Below are positions 33,711 to 45,740 of a stretch of 64,000 bases of DNA, piece after piece. Numbering within the stretch: the stretch's first letter is position 1; each line of letters begins with the position of its first letter. The notes under the pieces were generated by a model that ran no database searches, was not told where the DNA came from, and was given only the letters and a program-made list of their open reading frames with translations. Location: positions 49,354,001 through 49,418,000 of the forward strand of contig NC_045696.1 in assembly GCF_009834535.1 (NCBI RefSeq), in the 5' to 3' direction. The DNA is from Camelus ferus (lineage: Eukaryota). The translations under genes and the position numbers were made by a program.

Positions 33711-34924
33711 AACAAAATAAGAATGAAAATAATGACTGTGAAGAGTGTGGTTGCTTTGTGGTTTCTTCATCATGAGACACAGGCCAGGATCCATCAGAAA
33801 ATCAGGATTGACTCCAGGAGGAGATTTCTCTTCTCAAATGAAACACTCTACAGACATCACAGGGGAAAGGTCATGTGTAGAACACCTGGTTCTTCTATGT
33901 TTGCTAAAGAGCAGATACCAGTCTGTCTTGGACTGTGCTAAAAGAATTACCTAACATATTAATGTGCTATGGAAACCCTTCCTTAAGGAGGCACCATACG
34001 TTGACCTTGAGCTGATGTTTCAGTGGGTTAAAATAAGCAGGAAGACAGAGTCATACACGCCTGCTGTCCTCTGGAGAAGCTACCAGGATTAAGATGCTTT
34101 CTACATTAGCTCAGAATGGCAAGCAGCATTGCTGAGAAATGGGATTTGGATCAGTTTGGTCTTCATCAATGTCTCTTCCTGCTTTAGTAACCTATATTCA
34201 GGTTTGGGTTATGATTAAAAAATAAACTTAAATAGTAAAAGAGAAAGAGGGAGGCAGTGTTTGGTTAGACAAGAATGTAAGATTTGAAAGCAAAGTCATT
34301 TCGACTGAAAGTAATCCAGAGGAAGACTCAGTGATTAAACACACACACACAGACACACACACACATCCCTTCCTGGAGTATATGTTAACCCCATGCCTCA
34401 GATCACAGAAGATACCAAGTTACAGGCAAGGATCTTGATTGCTACAATCCCTGTCTGGATTTCTGTTCTCTGAGATTTCTCCACCTTGGAAATACTATGT
34501 AATAATAATAATATCTAATACTTTTCGTGCACTTACTATATTTCAGGCCTTGACTTGTACACTTCGTGTGTATTAAATCATCATATACACAACTACAAAA
34601 GAGGTTTTGGGACTTGTGTTCCTAACTGCTGGTTTGTACAGCTGGTCTAGATAGGCTACACTGGAATAGGTTATGATACTTGGTTGGGGCTGTGGTTACA
34701 GGGGAGGAAAAAGAGGCCCTAGGGAGCATAGTAAACCAGGAAGGTGAATTCCTCACTAGGCGTAGCCTCCTCCAGGCCCTGCCATGCCAAATCCAATAAA
34801 AGCTGACTAGAGGAACTTTAAAAATAACTCCATCTCTGGTTTACTCTGATTAAGGCCCAGGGAAGCCACATCTACGTAGGTGAGCTCCAAAATACTCAAG
34901 CTGGATCAATAAAGGTAGAATCGT

Positions 34925-35380
34925 GGTTGAGAGAAGTGAGTCAGACGTGGGTTCAGATCCGTCTCATCAGTGACTACTAATGGGACTCCTCTGCCTCAGT
35001 TTCCTCATTTGTCAAATGCAGCATCCATGTCATGAAATTGGTGTAAAGACTAAATTAATTTATATTCATTTCTTGAAACATGACAAGTATTTATAAATGT
35101 TAATCATTAGTATATTAAATAGTGTTATTATAAAAAAGATATGTAATGAAGGAAATATGCCAGATTTATGTTTAAATTTGGATTTGGGTTGTTTCCAGTA
35201 ATAGACATAAAACCTAGCTTTACCTTTACTGATAATGTGAAAAAGTTACTTAGTCCCCTGGACTTTAGCTTCCTCATCTTTTAAATCATGATTAATAATA
35301 CCTACTCCATATGGTTAGAATAAAATGAGAGGTAGCATATATAAATTACCTGGCATATAAGTGAGCCCTTAAATATGATA
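34925..35380 (+). mobile_element. Two MIR SINEs (~34925-35105 and ~35195-35380)
   Basis: GAGTCAGACGTGGGTTCAGATCC...CTCTGCCTCAGTTTCCTCATTTGTCAAATG; TTAGCTTCCTCATCTTTTAAAT...TAAAATGAGA...CCTGGCATATAAGT. Confidence 0.7.
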
Positions 35381-36729
35381 AAAAAAAATTAAAGCATACA
35401 ACAATAGCTATTATTCTTCACATGTCAGCTCCAGATACTCAGCTAATTAGATAAGACACTTATCAGGATAATTGAATAAATTTTATTTTTGGACCTCATT
35501 AAACTGAAAGTCCCTTTCTATCTTAAAAATTGAACTTTTAGAAGATGATCCATTTGAATTGCAATTAAATAGCAGTCGTCTAAATAATTAAACAATAGAG
35601 TATCTATGTATAGCAACTGTTAGACAGTTTTTCTCTATCTATTTTAAAGACTTGTGGGTGAGTGCTATGCAAATGGATTTTCAAGGATTTTTTATTAGAA
35701 TAAATAGACTGAAATTTAGTAGCTCACACAGCATAGACAATATGAGTCATAGTATTTTCATTTTTTCTTGAGTTCTTGAGTTTTTCTTGTTCTATGACAG
35801 CTATGTTTTGGGAACGCAGTGACAATGGGGCCATGTGAGGAGTCCAGGAGATCTGAAAGCACGTATTGCACAGTGTCGTTACCTCAGATGCTCCCATGGG
35901 CCCTGAGATACACCCTCTCCGCGCACGGTGTTTAATGGGGTGAAGACATCTTCTCCACTCTGCATGATGCACGGAGCAGCTGGTTTGTCACATGGGCTGG
36001 TAACTGTTCTTCCCTTAATATCCACCAAGAGGGACCTCAGCTTAATTGACTGATAGTCCATAGTTAGTATTTCTCATTGCAGAGTTAAAATCTGACTGTA
36101 GTCAAGATCAGAGGTCAGAATGTATGAATAAATGACTCTTTTATGATAAATCAGAATATCAAATGGGCTGCAAATACATATACCGTCTTTGCACTATTTT
36201 GTCTTAGGCACATTCTCACACAAACTGCAATGAAACATTTGACTTGTGTGTTATGAATTTATTTAGAGAAGAAACTTTCAAAGTATGACATTACTAACCT
36301 TAAGGCTTTTTGGTCTTCCCTAAAATTGATTGGGGAGAAAGAACATAGAATCTTGGTGTGGATTATTTTGTCTAGTTTGAAGCAGCAGCTGTGAGGAATA
36401 AATCTCCCTCAGTCTCTCTCTCTCGTTCTCGCTCTCTCTCGCACTCGTCTGCTCTGTCCTGAAATATCCACGTGGATGGCCTGTGCTGTGTCACGTGCAC
36501 AGAGCTCTGGTCTTTGTCACCTGTTTTTCAGTTAGCTCACCTCTCCTCCACTCTAGTAAATGCATGGGCAGCCACACCTTGAAACATCTTCAGGCCTAAG
36601 TATGTCAGCTCCACTGTCTTAGACTTGAAGCTTCAGCTCTTTAATTGACTTCTGTCTCTCCTAGTTTCTCTCTCCTATTACACTTTAATGTACCAGCCAA
36701 TGGAAAGTAATGGAAAGGACATGGATTAT

Positions 36730-36845
36730 ACACTAGACCTGAGTTTATATGCTGGCCACGTACTTCCGTGATTGTGCACAAGTTGCCTAACCTCCACACC
36801 TCTGTGTTCTCCACTGTGTAAATAGTGATAGTTACCCATGTCAAA
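36730..36845 (+). mobile_element. MIR fragment
   Basis: AGACCTGAGTTT...CAAGTTGCCTAACCTC...CTCTGTGTTCTCCACTGTGTAAATAGTGATA. Confidence 0.55.
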
Positions 36846-37621
36846 ATAAATGCGTAATAAATATTAACTTTTCCCTGCTTTTCTGACCTTTCTTCCCTTC
36901 CCTTATGTCTTCTTCACAAAAGCTCAGAGCCCCCTGATTCTTCCTTTTTTTGTCTTAGTCATTTCTAGCTTAGTGTTCCTCTCAATCTGGCCTGGATGCC
37001 TTGATTCATATTTCAACTCTTCACTGAGTATCTCTCAAGATTATGCCCCTCAAACCTCTGCCATACTAACTTTGATAATCCTTAGCCCTGGATAAATTCA
37101 AATATCCACTTACTCTGAGTTCTTTGGTGTTGGTGGCTCAAATCACATGGCAGTACTTTGTTCTAATTTTTAGTGGTGATTTCAGAGGATGTTGCATTAT
37201 TACAGCCTCTTTTATTTCAGGTGAGCCTTGACACACTTTGGCTGAAGTAAACTAATATTCCTTTCCTGAATCGTGTGCAGGTATGAAACAGTTAACATCC
37301 AATTGGCCTAGAAAAGGAGGTAGGAACCACAGGGAAAATGAGAGTTTTACAGTTTTTCAAGTGTTTCAAGGTGGAACCTAATTTTTTAACAGCAACAACA
37401 TAAAAACTATTGACTATACTGATGACCCTCAAATTATTCTTAGCTGATATCAGTAGAGCCCTAAAAGTTGCCTGACAATTCTTTTCTTCTTTCTTCTATC
37501 AACTCCTGAATTTGTTTTCAGTCCAGCACCCCTTCTAATCTCCTACTCTTCAAAAGCAGCCAACTGCACCCCAGGCTGCATTCCTTAATTTTAGCCATTC
37601 TAATAGGTTTGTAATGGTCCC

Positions 37622-37698
37622 TGTATCAGTTTCTAAGGATGCTGTAAGAAAGTATCATACACTGGATGGCTTAAACAACAGATATTTATTTTCTCAGC
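37622..37698 (-). mobile_element. MaLR (MLT1A/B/C-like) LTR terminus, truncated
   Basis: TGTATCAGTTTCTAAGGATGCTGTAAG...CTGGATGGCTTAAACAACAGATATTTATTTTCTCA. Confidence 0.75.
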
Positions 37699-39176
37699 TT
37701 CACTGGTGAATTCTCCAGAACAGTCAGGGATTTAATACCTATCCATTTCAAACTCTTCCAGAAAACTGAAGAGGAGGGAAAACTTCCAAACACATTTTAT
37801 GAAATCAGCATTACCCTGACACCAAAACCAGATAAGGACACCAAAAAAAAAAAAAGAAAAAGAAAAAGAAAAAAAGAAAATTACAGGCCAATATCCTTGG
37901 TGAACATATGCAAAAATTCTCAATAAAATATTAGCAAACTGAATCTAATAATATATTTAAAGGATTATATATCACAATCAAGTGGGATTTATTTCATGGA
38001 TGCAAGAATGGCTCAACCTTCGCAAATCAATCAATATGATACACCATATTGACAAAATGAATGATAAAAAAAATCATATGATCATCTCAATAGGTGAAGA
38101 AAAAGCATTTAGTAAAATTTAACATCCATTTATGATGAAAACTCTCAATAAAGTGGGTAAAGATGGAATATACCTCAATATAATAAAGATTATATATGAC
38201 AAACCCACAACTAACATCATACTTACCCATGAAATTCTGAAAGCTTTTCCTCTAGTATCAATAGCAAGACAAGGATGCCCACTATCATCAGTTTTACTCA
38301 ACATAGTATTAGAATTCCTAACCACAGCAATTGGGCAAGAAAAGTAAATAAATCATGTCCAAATTGGAAAGGAAGAAGTAAAAGTGTCACTATTTGCAGA
38401 TGACATACTATATATAGAAATCCCTAAAGACTCCACCAAAAATCTATTAACAAGAAATGAATTTAGTAAATTTGCAAGATAAAAGTCAATATACAGAAAT
38501 CTGTGGCATTTCTACACACTAATAAATATCAGAGAAATTAAGAAAACAATTCATTTACAATTTCATCACAAAGAATAAAATACCTAGGATGAATTTAACT
38601 AAAGAGGTGACAAATCTGACATTGAAAGCTATAATATAGTCACCGATAAAAGAAATTGAAGAAGACACAAATAAATCGAAAGATATCCTGAGTTCATGGA
38701 TTGGAAGAATTAATTTGTTAAGATGTCCATACTAGAGAAAGAAATCTATAGATTCAATACAATCCCTATCAAAATTCCATGGCATATTTCACAGAACTAA
38801 AACAAATAATCCTAAAATTTGTATGGAACCCCCAAAGATCCCAAGTAACCAAAACAGTCTTGAGAAAGAAGAACAAAGTTGGAGATATCACATGCCCTGA
38901 TTTCAAACTATACTATAGAGCTATAGTAATCAAAACAGTATGGTACCAGCACAAAAAACAGACACACAGAACAATGAAACAGAATTGAGAGCCCAGAAGT
39001 AAACCCACACATATGTGGACAATTAATTTATAACAGAAGGGCAAAGAACACACAATGGAGAAAGGACAGTCTCTTTAATAAATAGGTTTGGGAAAGCCAA
39101 ACAGCTACTTGAAAAAGAATGAAATTGAACCGCTATCTTCCATACACAAAAATTAACTCAAAATGGATTAAAGACT
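37699..39176 (+). mobile_element. Internal LINE-1 ORF2 (RT) fragment lacking 3' UTR and poly(A)
   Basis: ORFs 38132-38347 ([31 protein letters not shown]) and 38779-38988 (PDFKLYYRAIVIKTVWY); CTATTTGCAGATGAC encodes LFADD. Confidence 0.93.
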
Positions 39177-39189
39177 GTATCAGTTTTAA

Positions 39190-39620
39190 CTGATCTATTT
39201 TTCTTTCTCTTTCCCTGAGTAATTTCTTCATACAGATATGCACTCATCAGAAGACATGAAGAGGTGCTCTGCACATCTCTGAAGTTCTCTCTCTGTGCAG
39301 CTCTCTCCTCTCTGGTACTTTGCATTAGTAACTTTTGCTGCCTTGGCCTTCCTGGACTTCCAGCTTTATCTCCTCAACTCACAGGGACTTCTGGGCTCCA
39401 CTTGTGTTCCCCTTCCTGTGCTATGGCCCCCAAACTCTCAACAGGCAATAAGGTAGCAGTCATAGCTCAACTCACTTGTCTCCTATTTCTTAGTCATAAC
39501 TCTCCTTCCTTGCCTAATGTCTAATGTCTTGAAATCATGTAATAAAAAAGTTTTACCCAGCTTTTTAGTTGTTTCAGGCAGGAGAACAAATTCAGTCCCT
39601 GTTATTACATCTTGGCAATT
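39190..39620 (-). mobile_element. Old LINE-1 (L1MC/MD-like) 5' region
   Basis: CTCTCTCTGTGCAGCTCTCTCCTCTCTGGTACT...CTCCTCAACTCA...TTTTTAGTTGTTTCAGGCAGGAG...GTCCCTGTTA. Confidence 0.7.
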
Positions 39621-42600
39621 AGGTAATATAATAACCTCCTAACATGTAATACTCTCCTAGTTCACTTTAACAAACGAACTGCAGCAACAACATACACTTT
39701 GAGACCCTGTGTGTCAGGGAGGGTATAGGATATTGGTGACAAGAAGATGAAGAACTCATGGGCTCGTCCCTTGAAATGCTCAAAATTTATTCTCTTCCAA
39801 TGTAGCGTTGAATGGATGGCTTCCCACAAAAAATTATGGGGGAAACTATATTTTAAAATCCACACAGGATTATGTTCCCTTTTAAAATCCTGCAATGCCT
39901 CCCCAAAATACTAAGCGTGCTGTCCTTTTCGTGGTATACAATGTCTTTGATAAGCTGAATCTCTTATACTACCTCAATGTTGTCTCCCTCAGTGAGTTAT
40001 AATACCTCTAGCTTATTTGTTGCTATATTAAGTATCCAGCAGAGAACCTATCCAAAGAGATATCCAATAAATATTTGAGTTAATAAATTTATCTACTATA
40101 GGAATGAGGAAACGATCAATACAACAAGAAGAAGAAATAGATTACTTTAAATAAAAGAAAATCCACTGTGAATTATAGAATAAGGTAGGTAGTGATGGGG
40201 AGAAAAATCAGATGGACAAAAAAAGTATTAGTAATTGGGTTGGTCAAGTGGTCCAAGAAGGACCAAGGAGGACATAGCTGGGGCAGTGAAGGAGGGCTAG
40301 TAGGCGGTGATGAGGATGATATGGGAGAGCACGCCCAAAGGCTTAGCAAGAAAAGTCCCCCAAAACAGCAAACAAGCAAACTGCCAAAAATGTCACCACC
40401 AACAGAAACAGGAAAAATGTAAAGAAAGGCTGGAAAATCTGAGGTGATAAAGGCAGAGAAAAGAAAGAGGCATATAACATGAATGAGAGGGTAAGGAGAA
40501 AAATGAACAAAAGTTTCATTTGTAACCATCTCTCTAATATTGACATTTAATAGTTGTTATGTATAATTTAGTGGGCTGACCAGAATTACTGCCACTTTAT
40601 TCTTTAATGTCCCAGTTTTAAGACAAGAGTCACAATAATTATGTCCTTACTCCTAAGGATTTAGTCAGTGCAGTGTTCTCTATAGCCTGTGGGATAAAGG
40701 CCAGGGAATGATTCATATTTCACAACTTGATTTCTGGTGAATTCTATAAAATTCAAATGTCTTCCTTTTTCCTTTGAAAAAGTGTAGTTATTTGAACAAG
40801 ATTTAACCTTGGCCTTTTACCCAAACACTTTAGAACAAGAGCTGTGTTGAAATTTGTGACACGATTATCTAGAGGACGCCATGACTCAGTGACTGTGTTC
40901 ACTGAAACACGGCAATTTGAAACAACAAGAAGCGCAATTGCTAACGTATCTCAATGAAAAGCAAATTTAAAATGGCTTGAAGAGCTAACAGTCTGTGATC
41001 CTCAGAATGAAATGCCTCAGGAAATGTTCTAGCTATTATTAACTTTAGGTTTGGAATAGGGCAGTCTAGATAGGCAAAAGGCACTTTAACAGGAAAAAAA
41101 ATCTGAAAATAAATAGGGATGTTTGGAGAATTGCTTTATGGCAGGAAAGACTGGCTACCAGTTTGATTCTAAACAAATCCAACTTTCTCTGTGTGGGAAG
41201 ATGAGTTCACGGCAATGGACAAAATAATGTCCTTTGTGAATTGCCTGGGCCAGTTATGATCTCAGCTGTTTGCCCCAATAATACCCTCCTTCAAGCGCCC
41301 AGGCGCCTTGCCTGGGAGAGTGAGATGATGCGGGTGAGCCCTGGTCCTGAGCCTGCAAGTGAAGCCAAAATCTCCATGTCTCCCTGGAGCTCCCTGGGAG
41401 TTGAAGCGGCTCTCTGCTCAACCACGGACACAGCATTCTCTTTACAGAATCACCTGGATCTTAGCAGAGCTCAGGGGTACCCTGGTGACCTGGCTGAAGC
41501 CTCACCAGCTCTGCCATGTATTTCGTGCTCGGGCAGCACTGAACTACTGCAGTTTCTGTGCAGGCCACGCGTGCTCTTTCAGACTTCCAAAGCTGAACCA
41601 TGTGCGTTTTCTGCATAGAAGTCCCTTCCCTTTCCCTTTCCCGTTACTAGGCAGACAAACTTCGACTTGGCCTTTAATGCATCTCAAATTCCACTTCCTT
41701 GTCTCAGCCTCTGCCGTCTCCCACCCTTTTTCTTGGATATTCCCACTAGGCAGGGCTGAATTAAGACTCTTGAGGCCCAACTAATAAAACAGTTAGCAGC
41801 CTCTCCTTACGTATAATGCAAATGAAATATTAGTATATCTTAAAATAAATACATAGAAAAAATGTTTAAGTTATGAACTTTCCCAGATAACCTCAGTTCT
41901 TAAAAAGCAGTCACTTCCCTGGTGAAGACCATGTCTTATCTGTCTTTGTGTCTTATCTGTTTGAGTGACTAGCACATAGTAGGTGTTCACCAAAGGCTTT
42001 CTGAGTAGCAGAATGAATCTTTGTAGGTTTTTGTTTGTACTTAAAAGCCTTTTGCTTTTTTTTAAAAAAAAACCTATTTTCCAACCCTCACTTCCAACCC
42101 TATTACTTAATGGAGGAAGCATTTTAATAGTGTAAACTTTAAAATGAAAAGGCAAAACAACCAAAAATAAAGAATGGGTAAAAATGCTTCTTTAGCTTCT
42201 GAGATACAAAATCATCTTTGTGTTCTATAGTCTTGAAAGTAATTTCTGCATGAAATTCTTGGAGAGGGAATGCTTAATTTCAGAATATTCCCATCCATTA
42301 TCTTACCATTATCATTGTTATCGTTATGAGTATTATTACGGCATATGTAAGTGGAAAGTTCCAGAACAAGGAATTATGTTAGGAAGAAAACAAACCCTGA
42401 TGGCAGATGGAAAAGGGAACTGAGCACCTCTGAGGTGAGTTGAGGACACTGAGGACCTCAGAATGGAGAGGAGGAGGAGGGAGCTAATGGAGGTAGGTCT
42501 TGATCACAGAGTCTCTCTCTCAACTAGGTGGTGGAGAATGACACCACAGGTTTTTTTAAAAAGGAGTCTAGTGTGCCCTGATTCTGCTCCTGCCTCCAGA

Positions 42601-42649
42601 CTCCAGTGCTCGAGGTCCTGCTGCTTCTCCCTGGGTATGGAATATTGTA

Positions 42650-43410
42650 ATAATAAGGACTGATATCTGTTGGGGCCTTACTATGTGCCAGGCAGGGTCA
42701 CAGGCATTTTACATATACTAGTTTATTTAATTTTCATAAAAAAAACCCATGGGATAGGGACACTTACAGTTCCCATTTTACAGATGAGGAATCAAGTACA
42801 GTGGTTGTAAACCTAGGCAGGATGGCTCTCGAGCCCGCACTTGTTTAACCTCTATACTGTTACCCCTGTGTCTTTTAAATGGGAGCTGGAAAGGGACTTA
42901 GAGACCATGTCACCTAACTCCCTCATTGTGCAGGCAAGGAGTGAAGTCTGGAAAGGTTAAGTGATTTATGTGAGGCCACTCAGTTAGTGAGGGGTGGAGG
43001 TGGATTTGAACCCAAGCGATCTGCATGGTAGCCCTTGCCTACACCTTTGCAGAACCTGAGAATGCATGCTGAACCATTACCACTGTGTGGGCAAGTGTAG
43101 GAAGATGGGCCAGGGATAAAGATCTTAAACTATAAAAGGATGACCCAAAGCTCAAGGCCATAACAGGGGTCAGATCTCCTCACCCTCAAACTTTCTTTCT
43201 ACTATGTAACTCTCTGTCTTCTGTATGACCCATTCAAATTCCACCTCAAACCCAACGCCTGAGATCTTTTTACTCACTCTGAGATCTTTGTGATAATCCT
43301 ACTGAATAGGGAAGCCATGAAGGAATACTACCCGAAGTCACGCAGCTGTGTAGGGGAGGAGCTGGGGCTTGAACCCAGGTGTATCTGACTCCAGGCCCGT
43401 GATCCTCATA
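42650..43410 (-). mobile_element. Three MIR/MIR3 SINE fragments (~42650-42860, ~42885-43025, ~43290-43410)
   Basis: TTACTATGTGCCAGGC...CCCATTTTACAGATGAGGAA; GGTTAAGTGATTT...GGATTTGAACCCA; GAGCTGGGGCTTGAACCCAGG..TCTGACTCCA. Confidence 0.75.
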
Positions 43411-44629
43411 GCAGATAATCAGAAGCAGAGACAGGTCAAGAAATTACTGCTAGCATTTAAAATTCAACATTGTTTAATAGACACTTAAATCACATTAAGT
43501 AGAACTAGATGATTGGCATTAATGCTGCCAATTTGTCCCTTGGTTTATAGTCAAGGAACTGAAACCTAGTTTCCCCAAGTCCAAAAACAGAACATCGTGG
43601 TGGATTGTTACACCTGAAGCTGAGGAAATTTTACCATGTGACTGGGCTGCCAGGAGGGGTGAGCATTGTACTGTTCAGAAAATGGTGTGTAATCTGTCTA
43701 CGCAAGATCTGTACTTCAGGAGGGCTTTGCCTGTGGGAAGGTGTCAGACACAGCGTGACCACACACGTGACACACAGCGTGACACAGCAGCTCAGTGCAT
43801 GAGAACCTGAGAGGGGCACAGCCGAGCCAAACCACCGGTTCACATCTACCTGTTTTCAGAAGTGGAAGTTCTGTGCGGCTCCTCTGCCAGTGCTGTCAAA
43901 GTGGCTGAGGTTGCCTGAGGGGTTCAGAAATTTTTCCCAGCATCTGCTTCTTACAGCCAAAATACACAGGAGTTTTCCATTTTTCCTCATGTCTTCTCTG
44001 TCAGGGCTATAAGATTTGTCTTGGAATGTAAAGTCTCTTCAATAGAAAATTATAATTATTAAAAGTGTGTAACTTTTCTCTTGCAGCAGTAGAAATACAC
44101 TCAAATGCTTTTATAGTTGGTAGGGGATGTGGTAAGTTGGCCGAAACTGAAGTTTGCGGAGTCTGTGTGTGTCAGGTAGGAGAGCTCCTTGGGTGTGAGT
44201 GGAAGAGCTTGCAGGGCTCTGCACGAGAAGCGGGTCAGCTGTATGACTGACTACACGGGCAGAGCAGCAAGCAGTCCTTGAGCCTTTCTGATATCCAGGC
44301 CCTGGACTAGTTTCTGCAATAAGGAAAAAGATGAACAAAATGCATTCCCTCCTCTCAGGGAGTAATGGTCTAACAGAGGAGGTGCGGTACATATACAGCG
44401 AACCTTACGGTCAAGTCATGATGTGATTTTTCTCTGCCCAATAGAGATCTCAGTATTACTGAGAACTAAGGGAGTTCAAGAGAGGAAGATAAGCCCAAGG
44501 AGTCTAAATTAGCATTTGAGCTAGGTCTAGAGGGAGGGGTAGACTCTAGATGGATAAAATGGGCATGAGCATTTTGGGAAGAGGAAACAATCTTGGGATT
44601 TTCTAAACAGACTGTTACAAGACTGTAAA

Positions 44630-45450
44630 ACAAGACAGTTTTCCTTTTTCTTTTCCAATCTGGTTGCCCTTTATTTCTTATTCTTGAATTTTGCACAGAA
44701 TAGAGCCTCTGATACAGTGATGGATGGAAGTGGTAAAACATCTTTCATTTTTTTTCCCTGATCTTGAAGGGAAAGCATTTAGTCTTCACCTATGAAGTAT
44801 GATGTTAGCTGTAGTATTTTCTTACATGCCTTTTATCAGGTTGAGGAAGTTCCCTTCTATTAGTAGTTTGCTGAGTTTTTTTTTTTTTAAATCAGGAATA
44901 GAGTATTACTTTTGTCAGATGCTTTTTCTGTGTCTATTGAGAGTGTCATATAAATTTACTTTTTTAGTCTGTTAACATGATGAATTACATTGATTAAATT
45001 TTGAATTGATTTTTGCATTTCTGGGATAAATTCCATTTGTTTATGATGTATTATACTTTTGTATGTTGGTGGATTCCACTTGTTAAAACTTCATTAAGAT
45101 TTTAGCATCTGTGTGGGTGAGATCTCTCTTCTCTGGTGCTTTACGTTGTTAACTTTCCCCACCCTCACTTCCCCGGATCTCACCTCCACCTCTTCCACTC
45201 AGTGAATTTGCTGGGATCTGCTGGGCTTCCCCCTCCTACGATTCAGTCCAGAAACTCTCTCTGGGAAGTAAGCTAGGGAAATCACGTGGCTCACTTGTTT
45301 TTCTCTCCAGTCTTAGTGATCACTGTTCTGTGCCACCTGAGGTCTAATGTCTGACAGCTACATGTATTTTGCCTGGATTTTTAGTTGTTTTGAATGAGAG
45401 GATAAGTCCAGCTCTCATTACTTTACCTTCCCTAGAAATTGGAGTTCCAG
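44630..45450 (-). mobile_element. Old LINE-1: ORF2 fragment (44630-45112) joined to 5' UTR fragment (45115-45450)
   Basis: GATCTTGAAGGGAAAGCATTTAGTC..AAGTATGATGTTAGCTGTAG..GTTGAGGAAGTTCCCTTCTATT; then 5'-region text similar to 39190-39620. Confidence 0.8.
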
Positions 45451-45484
45451 TGGTCTTTCTACTTCTAGGTGTCACTTCCAAGAT

Positions 45485-45740
45485 ATTTTTTGTTGAGGTG
45501 TAATTGACATGTGACATTATATTCATTTCAGGTATAGAACATAATGGTTTGTTATGTGTGTGTATTGTGATATGATCACCACAATAAATCTGACATCCAT
45601 CACTGTACCTAATTACAAAATTTTTTCTTGTAATAAGCACTTTAACCACCTATCTACTCTCTTAGCAACTCTCAAATATGCAATAAAGTGTCATTAACTA
45701 TAATCACCATGTTGTACGTTACATTCCCATGACTCATTTT
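45485..45740 (-). mobile_element. Laurasiatherian-type LINE-1 3' end
   Basis: TTGAGGTGTAATTGACATGTGACATTATATT...TTTTTTCTTGTAATAAG...CTACTCTCTTAGCAAC...TTAACTATAATCACCATGTTGTAC. Confidence 0.82.

Noticed and set aside
37699..39176. RT-like ORFs as an active L1 or a gene
   Set aside because: Multiple stops and frameshifts; internal fragment only.
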